DNA from: Dehalococcoidia bacterium
GTDB lineage: Bacteria; Chloroflexota; Dehalococcoidia; Lucifugimonadales; UBA3495
Direction of reading: 5' to 3'
Assembly: GCA_965262735.1 (NCBI GenBank)
Contig: CBDHFS010000002.1
Location: 2,034,802 to 2,098,801, forward strand
Length of the DNA: 64,000 nt
Positions within the stretch are counted from its first letter, which is position 1. Each line of letters starts with the position of its first letter. The translations under genes were made by a program, and so were the position numbers. The notes under the pieces were generated by a model. That model had not been told where the DNA came from and made no database searches. It saw only the letters and a program-made list of their open reading frames with translations. Below, piece by piece: positions 56,058 to 64,000 of the stretch.

Positions 56058-57593
56058 CTACCTGGCGAACTCGGTGTTGCGGGTTTCCCGTATCACCGTG
56101 ACCTTAATCTGCCCTGGGAACACGAGGTCGGTTTCCACCTTCTTGGCAATGTCCCGGGCTAGGCTGGCCGATTGGATGTCGTTCACCTCCCCCGGTTTTA
56201 CCATGACCCGCACTTCCCGACCGGCCTGAATGGCGAAGGCCCGTTCTACGCCGTCAAAGCTGATCGCCGCGTCTTCCAATTCCCGCAACCGCTGCACGTA
56301 CTGTTCCAGGGATTCCTTGCGGGCCCCTGGCCGGGCTGCGCTAATGGCATCGGCCGCCGCCACCAAGAACGACTCTATGGAAGAGTGCTCGTCGTCGTGG
56401 TGCTCCTTGATGCAGGCGCAGGTGGCGATATTGACGCCGTACCTGGCCGACAGATCCGCGCCGATTTCGGCGTGAGGGCCGGGCACTTCGTGGGTCAATG
56501 CCTTCCCGATGTCGTGGAGCAGACCGCCGGCGCGGGCCAACTGCACGTTGGCGCCGACTTCCGACGCCATCATGCCGGCCAGCAGGCCGACCTCGATGCA
56601 GTGCTTGAGCACGTTTTCACCGTAGCTGTACCGGTACTTCAACTGGCCCAGATACCGGACTAGCTCGGGGTCCAAGCCGGATATTGCCAGGTCGAAGGTC
56701 GCCTGTTCTCCGGCTTTCCAGATGGTTTGTTCAATATCCGTGTGGGCCCGGTTTACCATATCCTCGATGCGCGCCGGTTGAATGCGCCCATCGGTGATGA
56801 GCTTTTCCAGCGCGAGCTTGGCGATCTCGCGCCTTACCGGGTCGAAACAGGATACGGTCACGACTTCCGGGGTGTCGTCAATGACGATATCAACCCCGGT
56901 CAAGGCTTCCAATGCTCGAATGTTCCGCCCTTCGCGGCCGATGAGACGCCCTTTCATCTCATCGTTAGGCAGGGATACCGTGGACGTGGTGGTTTCAGAA
57001 ACTACATCGGTGGCAAGACGGTTTATAGCGAGAGTGATAATCCGGCGGGCATTGTCGTCGGACTTGGTCTTAAATTCCTTCTCCAACTCGTAGTAGCGCC
57101 GGGAAAGGTCGTGCTCGGCTTGTTCCTGGCCCTTGAGCACGATCATCTCTCTGGCCTCGGCGATGCTAAGACCGGATATTCCCTCCAAAACGTTCAGTTG
57201 CTGCGTTTTTACTGCGTCTACTTCGAACAGGGCATCCTGGACCTGTTGTTCCTTCTCAGAGAGCGCCCCCCGCTGTTTGTCGAGAGCTTCGTTCTTTCGC
57301 TCCAACTGCTCTTCCCGCTGGAGATACCGCCGTTCCAGCCGATTGAGATCCTGCCGCTGCTCCTTGATTTCCTTCTCGCCAGTGGTCCGCAGCGACAGAA
57401 CTTCTTCCTGTGCGCCCAGGAGAATCTTGCGTTTCTCCTCTTCGGCCTGGGCGATCAATCCAGTGGCTTGGACGTTCGCGTTGTCCAACCGCTTGCCGTT
57501 TCTGTTGGACCTGACTATCAGCCATACGGCCACGCCAGACCCCGTTATCCCTGCGGCCGCCAGAACGGACAGGAAAATGACTAATTCCAACAT
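56058..57593 (-). CDS. rny: ribonuclease Y
   Basis: N-terminal TM helix, coiled coil, KH domain (GRLIGREGRNIRALE), HD domain (LLHDIGKA). Confidence 0.95.
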   Translation of the reverse strand: MLELVIFLSVLAAAGITGSGVAVWLIVRSNRNGKRLDNANVQATGLIAQAEEEKRKILLGAQEEVLSLRTTGEKEIKEQRQDLNRLERRYLQREEQLERKNEALDKQRGALSEKEQQVQDALFEVDAVKTQQLNVLEGISGLSIAEAREMIVLKGQEQAEHDLSRRYYELEKEFKTKSDDNARRIITLAINRLATDVVSETTTSTVSLPNDEMKGRLIGREGRNIRALEALTGVDIVIDDTPEVVTVSCFDPVRREIAKLALEKLITDGRIQPARIEDMVNRAHTDIEQTIWKAGEQATFDLAISGLDPELVRYLGQLKYRYSYGENVLKHCIEVGLLAGMMASEVGANVQLARAGGLLHDIGKALTHEVPGPHAEIGADLSARYGVNIATCACIKEHHDDEHSSIESFLVAAADAISAARPGARKESLEQYVQRLRELEDAAISFDGVERAFAIQAGREVRVMVKPGEVNDIQSASLARDIAKKVETDLVFPGQIKVTVIRETRNTEFAR

Positions 57594-57823
57594 ACCAACC
57601 TTTCCTTTCCGTTAAATGTGCCGCCCTTCGGAGACCCACTCCCCGAAGCACATATTTTAGAAAGAACCACCTCTAAAGTCAAGGCGAAACAACGCAATTG
57701 AACGGATCATCCCGCTTGCAGGGGCGGTTCTTGCGTACCCAAAACGGGCCTCAAAACGGCCTTTTCTACCCACGCACTCCATCCACTTGTCGAATAAACC
57801 TACTCCTGCGGGTTGGCCCTTCG

Positions 57824-57966
57824 GTAACAGTTCAGACTTGGTGGGATGAATTGGTTTCAGCCAACTGCCATTTTTTGCAGGGGGTTTGGGGGATGAATCC
57901 CACAACGTAATCCAACCCCCATATCCCGCCATCAGCCACTCTGCCCCCTCAACCCTGAACAGTTAC
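57824..57966 (+). mobile_element. MITE copy G
   Basis: Flanked by the 9-bp duplication ggcccttcg (57815-57823 and 57967-57975). Confidence 0.9.
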
Positions 57967-58143
57967 GGCCCTTCGCACCCAATTGGCAAATGGGCGACAA
58001 CCCGTTATACTGCCGCAAATTAGTGGTTTCCAGGGTTTTTCCTCTCCCATCCGCATTGACACGGCTGCTCTACCCGGCTCTATTCCAGGCAGTTCCTCGA
58101 GATGTGCGCTTCGAGGGATTCCCGGGTCAAAGGCAGCATCACC

Positions 58144-59080
58144 ATGAATCGCGCCCGCCCCGCCGGTTGGTTCCTCCCCATAATCATGGCTTCCGCCGTC
58201 GTCATCGGCGGCGTTTTGGCCCTGGTTCTCACCTTTCAGGACAACCCCGACGACCCAACCGCTCGCCCCTCGCCCAACGTCACCCTGGGGGTTGACCGCC
58301 GAGGCCCGCCGCTCTCTCCAGCAGGGCGACGCCTTCCCCAGCGCCGCCGGGTTCTCCGCCTACTACCGGGTTACCAACACTTCCAACCTCTCTGCCCTGG
58401 ACAAGGCCGCCGTTGACGAGGCGGTGATGGGCGAGGTCAAGGGCTCCACGCACCGCGCCTCTCCCGCCTCTCTCATCGACACTGGCGACAACTACTCCGT
58501 CGTTTCCCTGCCAATCCACAACATCGACCAGACCACCACCACGGTACACCTGTACTACGACAGCGAGGGCTGGGTGGTGGCATATTTTCTGCGGGAAGAG
58601 GAGTCATCTCGCGCCTGGCAGGCCCGGCATCTGGAATTGGAAAACCCGGCTATGGATACGATTGACATCACCCTGCTGGACGCAATCAACGTTGTGGTGG
58701 AAGAGGCTCTGGGCCAACCGTCGTTAGTTGCGGAAAACCTGAATTTCTACCACTGGGCTCACCCCACCGCCACCGACTTCTTTATGATGGCCAACGCCCG
58801 GGGCGACGTTGGGACAGACACCATCTCCTTCGCCGTGCCAGAGAGCTTTACTATGCGGGAGGTCTCGGTCTCCCTGTGGGTCAGCGGGGACGCCTGCGCC
58901 AGTGTAACGCTGGACGGCGAACCCTTGACCCAAGACCGTTGCCAACGCCAATTCCACCACACCCCCGTTGCATGGAACGATTTCACCAACCAGACCGGGC
59001 ACACGATGCTGCTGGAGCAATCCGTTCCCAACGCGGGCGCATCCGGCGCAATAATCATGCTGGTCTATTCCGTTGAATAG
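58144..59080 (+). pseudogene. membrane-anchored hypothetical protein, anchor and ectodomain separated by a frameshift in a G5 run
   Basis: MNRARPAGWFLPIIMASAVVIGGVLALVLTF...NVTLG (frame 1), then LTAEARRSLQQGDAF... to 59080 (frame 2). They join if the G5 run at 58287-58291 loses one G. Alternatively a TTG start at 58292 gives a 262-aa protein. Confidence 0.5.
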
Positions 59081-59107
59081 CCCGATGGGTAGCCCGACCG
59101 GAACCCG

Positions 59108-62100
59108 GTGCGAAGGCCGCCAATGCGCCTTCCGGTAAGTTTGGGGTGGAAAGCCGGGTTGCTGCTGGCCCTGGCTATCCAGTCCTTTGCACCCCAGGCG
59201 TCAGTCTCGGTCAACGCCCAAGCCGTCCAGGACGTTGGCGTCACCGCCATCGAACTCCCCACCGGCCCGGTCAACCAGGGCGACACCGCAGAGATAAAGG
59301 TGACTATCGAAAACCTGGGTTCCTCCACCGCTTCCGTCATGGTAATTCTTAATTATCTTGATGCAGATTACACGGCCGCAGGTGTCGGGCAAACGATGCA
59401 AGACGTTGCGGCAGGCCAGACCTCGAAAGCGTCCTTCTCCTGGGACACCACCGGCGTCCCCCTCGGCAGCTACATTTTCCAGGCAGTAGCGTTGTCGGGT
59501 GAAAACCTCGACGGCGAGGACGGCAACTATGAGAATAACTCCCTGATTTCAACAAGCTCGGTCACCATTCGCACCCCGCCGCCCTACGCTGTTGCCGTCA
59601 CCGCCGTCGATGTCCCCGCCGGGCCAGCAATCCAGGGTGAAACCGTGGACGTGGAGGTGACCGTCAAGAATCAGGGGACTTCCGATGCCAACGCCAAGAT
59701 AACGCTTTTGTACGTTCCGGCCGAGGGACAACCGGGAATCGCCGCCGAGAAAACCGTTGCCATCGCCGCCGGAGCCACCGAAACGGTGACCCTGTCCTGG
59801 GACACATCCGGCACCACCCTGGGCGTCTACACCATCAGGGCCGGCGCCACCCTGGTTGAGGACAGCAGCGTTGCCCATTTCTTGATTTCGACAACTTCCA
59901 TTACCATTGTCACCCCGCCTCCGTATGCCGTTGCCGTCACCGCCGTAAAGGCTGCCAGCGCCACAGCAATCCAGGGGGCCACCGTGGACGTGGACGTGAC
60001 CGTCAAGAATCTGGGGACATCCGACGCCAACGCCAAGATAACGCTTTTGTACGTCCCCGCCGAGGGCCAACCGGGAATCGCCGCCGAGAAAACCGTTGCC
60101 ATCGCCGCCGGAGCCGCCGAAACGGTCACCCTATCGTGGGACACATCCGACTCGACGCCGGGCGTCTACACCATCAGGGCCGGCGCAACCCTGGTTGAGG
60201 ACACTGACGTTGCCCATTTCCTGGTTTCGACAACTTCCATCACCATTGTCACCCCGCCTCCGTATGCCGTTGCCGTCACCGCCGTAAAGGCTGCCAGCGC
60301 CACGGTAACCCAGGGGGCCACCGTGGACGTGGACGTGACCGTCAAGAATCTGGGGACATCCGACGCCGACGCCAAGATAACGCTTTTGTACGTTCCCACC
60401 GAGGGCCAACCGGGAATCGCCGCCAACAAAACCGTTGCTATCGCCGCCGGAGCCGCCGAAAAAGTCACTCTATCCTGGGATACTTCCGACTCGACGCCGG
60501 GCGTCTACACCATCAGGGCCGGCGCCACTTTGGTTGAGGACACCAGCGTTGCCGACTTTCGGGACGCGGCATCCACCGTCACCATTAGCACCCCGCCTCC
60601 CTATGCCGTTGCCGTTACCGCCGTGGATGTTGCCAGCGCCACGGCAACCCAGGGTGAAGTCGTGGACGTGGAGGTGACCGTCAAGAATCTGGGGACATCC
60701 GACGCCAACGCCAAGCTAACCCTCCTGTACGTTCCCGCCCAGGGCCAACCGGGAATCGCCGCCGAGAAAACCGTTGCCATCGCCACTGGAGCCGCCGAAA
60801 CGGTCACCCTATCGTGGGACACATCCGACGCTACGCCGGGTGTCTATACTATCAGGGCTGGCACCACCCTGGTTGAGGACGCTGACGTTGCCCATTTCCT
60901 GGTTTCGACAACTTCCGTCACCATTAGCGCCCCGACCTATGGCGTTTCCATCACCGCCTTTGATGTCCCATCCGGTCCGGCAACCCAGGGCTATGTCGTT
61001 GACGCGGACGTGACGGTCAAGAACCTCGGTTCAGTCGCGGCAATGTTCACGGTGACGCTCTTTGACCAACCCGCCGGTGGCACGGAAGGGACTGCGGACG
61101 AGGAAACCGTCGAGATTGCCCCGCCGCCACCAAGAAAGTCACCCTATCTTGGGACACATCCAACGCTACGCCGGGCGCCCACACCTTCAGGGCCGGCGTC
61201 ACTTTGGTTGATGACACCAACGTTTCCGACTTCCTGGACTCGGCAGCTACCATCACCATTAGCCCGCCGCCTTATGCTGTTGCCATCACCGCCGTTGAGG
61301 TTGCCAGCGCAACGGCAATCCAGGGGGCCACCGTGGAGGTGGAAGTGACCGTCGAGAATCAGGGGACATCCGACGCCAACGCCAAGATAACGCTTCTGTA
61401 CGTTCCCGCCGAGGGCGAACCGGGAATCGCCGCCAAGAAAACCGTTGCCATCGCCGCTGGAGCCACCGAAACGGTCACCCTATCCTGGGATACATCCGGC
61501 ACCACCCTCGGCGCTTACACCATCAGGGCCCGCGCAACCCTGGTTGAGGACAGCACCGTTGCCGATTCCTTGGACGGGGCATCCACCATCACCATTAGCG
61601 CTCCACCGCCCTATGCCGTTGCCGTCACCGCCGTTGAGGTTGCCAGCGCAACGGTAATCCAGGGGGAAACCGTGGACGTGGAGGTGACCGTCAAGAATCT
61701 GGGGACATCCGACGCTAACGCCATGATAACGCTTCTGTACGTCCCCGCCGAGGGCCAACCGGGAACCGCCGCCGAGAAAACCGTTGCTATCGCCGCCGGA
61801 GCCGCCGAAACGGTCACTCTATCGTGGGACACAGCCGACGCCAACCCCGGCGCCCACACCATCAGGGCCGGCGCCACCCTGGTTGAGGACACCAATGTTT
61901 CTGACTACCGGGACGCGGCATCCACCATCACCATTAGCGCCCTGACCTATGGCGTTTCCATCACCGCCTTTGATGTCCCATCCGGTCCGGCAACCCAGGG
62001 CTATGTCGTTGACGCGGACGTGACGGTCAAGAACCTCGGTTCAGTCGCGGCAAGGTTCACGGTGACGCTTTTTGACCAACCCTCCGGTGGCACGGAAGGA

Positions 62101-64000
62101 ACTGCGGACGAGGAAACCGTTGAGATTGCCGCCGGCGCCACCAAGACGGTCACCCTATCCTGGGACACATCCGACGCTACGCCGGGCGCCCACACCTTCA
62201 GGGCCGGCGTCACTTTGGTTGATGACACCAACGTTTCCGACTCCCTGGACTCGGCAGCCATCATCACCATCAGCGTCCCACCGCCCTACGCCGTTGCCGT
62301 CACCGCCGTCGATGTCCCCGCCGGGCCAGTAACCAGGGGGGACACCGTGGACGTGGGCGTGACCGTCGAGAATCAGGGAACCTCCGACGCCAACGCCAAG
62401 ATAACGCTCCTGTACGTCCCCGCCGAGGGCGAACCGGGAATCGCCGCCGAGAAAACCGTTGCTATCGCCGCCGGAGCCACCGGAACGGTCACCCTGTCCT
62501 GGGATACTTCCGACGCCGCCCTCGGCGCACACACCGTCAGGGCCGGCGTCACCCTGGTTGAGGACACCAACGCTGCCGACTCCCGGGACGCGGTATCCCC
62601 CATCACCATTATCCTACCGCCTTATGCCGTTGCCGTCACCGCCGTCGATGTTCCCGCCGAGCCGGTAGCCCAGGGGGAAACCGTCGACGTGGTCGTGTCC
62701 GTCGAGAATCAAGGGACCTCCAACGCCGCCGCCATGATAACGCTTCTGTACGTCCCCGCCGAGGGCGAACCGGGAACCGCCGCCGAGAAAACCGTTGCCA
62801 TCGCCGCCGGCTCCACCGAAACGGTCACCCTGTCCTGGGATACTTCCGACGCCGCCCCCGGCGCCTACACCATCAGGGCCGGCGCCACCCTGGTTGAGGA
62901 CAGCAATGTTTCCGACTCACAGGACGCGGTATCCACCATCACCATTAGCCCACCGCCCTACGCCGTTGCCGTCACCGCCGTGGACATAGCCAGCGCGACC
63001 GTCACCAAGGGCGACACCCTGGATGTGGACGTGACCGTGGAGAATCGGGGGACCTCCGACGCCAACGCCGTGGTCACGGTTCTGTACGTTCCCACCGACG
63101 GCCAACCGGGAATCGCAGCTGCGGAAACTGTCGCCATCGCCGCAGGGGAGTCGGAGACCACTACCCTGTCCTGGAATACCTCCGAGGCCACGCCCGGCGC
63201 CTACACCATTAGGGCCAGCGTCACCCTGGTTGAGGACACCGACGTTTCCGATTCCCGGGACGCGTTGTCCACCATCACCATTGGGACCCCAACCTATGGC
63301 GTCGTCGTAACCTCCGTTGATGTCCCCACCGGGCAGGCAACCCAGGGCGACACGGTGGACATACTTGTGGCCATTGAAAACCGCAGCTCGGTCGCGGCAA
63401 TGTTTGAGGTGACGCTCTTTTACCAACGCGCAGGTGGTCAGGAAGGAATCGCCGCTAAGGAAACCTTCAAAATCACCGCTGGCTTTACCAAGGGTCTCAC
63501 CATGTCCTGGGATACATCCGGCGTTACGCCTGGCGTTTACCAGGTCGGCGCCAAGGTGATGTTGGTGGGAGTGGCAGGCGTTGACGATTCCCGGATTTCT
63601 GAAACGTCCATCACTATCATCGCCCCCGTAACCTACGGCGTCTCCATCACCGCCATTGATGTCCCCGCCGGGCCGGTAGCCCAGGGGGAAACCGTTGACG
63701 TTGACGTGACCATTGAGAACAGCAGCTCAGTCGCGGCAATGTTCGCAGTGACGCTCTTTTACCAACCCGCCGGTGGCCAGGAAGTAACCGCAGCAGAGGA
63801 AACCGTCGAAATCGCCGCTGGCGCTATCGAAACGGTCACCCTGAATTGGGATATATCCGACGCCACCTTCGGCGTGTACACCATCAGGGCCAAGGCGATA
63901 CTAGCGGACGTGGCAGGTGTTGACGACGTTGCCGATTCCCGGATTTCTGAAACGTCCATCACCATCAGCGCCCCCGTAACCTACGGCGTCGCCGTCACCG
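59108..64000 (+). CDS. giant secreted protein made of tandem CARDB-like domains (partial, runs off the window; one frameshift near 61120)
   Basis: Signal peptide MRLPVSLGWKAGLLLALAIQSFAPQASVSVNA. At least 15 repeats of ~113 aa (PPPYAVAVTAVDVP.GP..QGETVDVEVTVKNQGTSDANAKITLLYVP....TVAIAAGATETVTLSWDTS....YTIRAGATLVED). The frame changes from 2 to 1 at 61118-61122. Confidence 0.8.
59576..64000 (+). repeat. coding tandem repeat, period ~339 bp, at least 13 units
   Basis: Repeat starts at 59576, 59915, 60254 and so on. Neighbouring units are near-identical at the DNA level. A 3-unit block (60925-61938) is re-duplicated at 61939-62950. Confidence 0.9.

Overview
High-GC bacterial chromosomal segment. 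It carries catabolic genes: an LLM flavin monooxygenase, two PF04909-type amidohydrolases, two CMD/AhpD-like proteins, a formamidase, a family III CoA-transferase, a MaoC hotdog pair and a lone Mo-hydroxylase large subunit. It also carries housekeeping genes (rplY, thiD, cysS, ispF, gyrB, trpS, recA-recX, plsY, rny-ymdB). This mix suggests a Chloroflexota-like (Dehalococcoidia/SAR202-type) organism, but that taxonomy is only inference. The window is unusually rich in mobile and repetitive DNA. There is a ~150-bp MITE family (7 copies, 8-9 bp target duplications, one composite that has captured a gene), a REP-like hairpin family, and a second intergenic repeat family with 10-bp phased AAATG iterons. 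There is also a 5.5-kb integrative element bounded by 23-bp direct repeats (decayed integrase, CI/Cro-like switch, IS21 insertion) and an IS1380-like element splitting a small membrane-protein gene. Several genes carry single lesions: a phnD/phnE remnant, an amber codon in the CoA-transferase, and homopolymer or other frameshifts. The most noteworthy candidates are: (1) a glutaredoxin-like ORF ending TGA-x-x-TAG with a SECIS-like hairpin 11 nt downstream (candidate selenoprotein); (2) a Tes/MJ0619-like radical SAM + methyltransferase + divergent PlsY cluster (candidate membrane-lipid modification); (3) two loci where 3-prime gene cassettes with their own RBS are tandemly amplified; (4) a non-canonical tRNA-like element right after gyrB; (5) a giant CARDB-repeat surface protein running off the window. 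All calls come from reading the sequence and the ORF track. No database search or folding program was run, and start codons are approximate.
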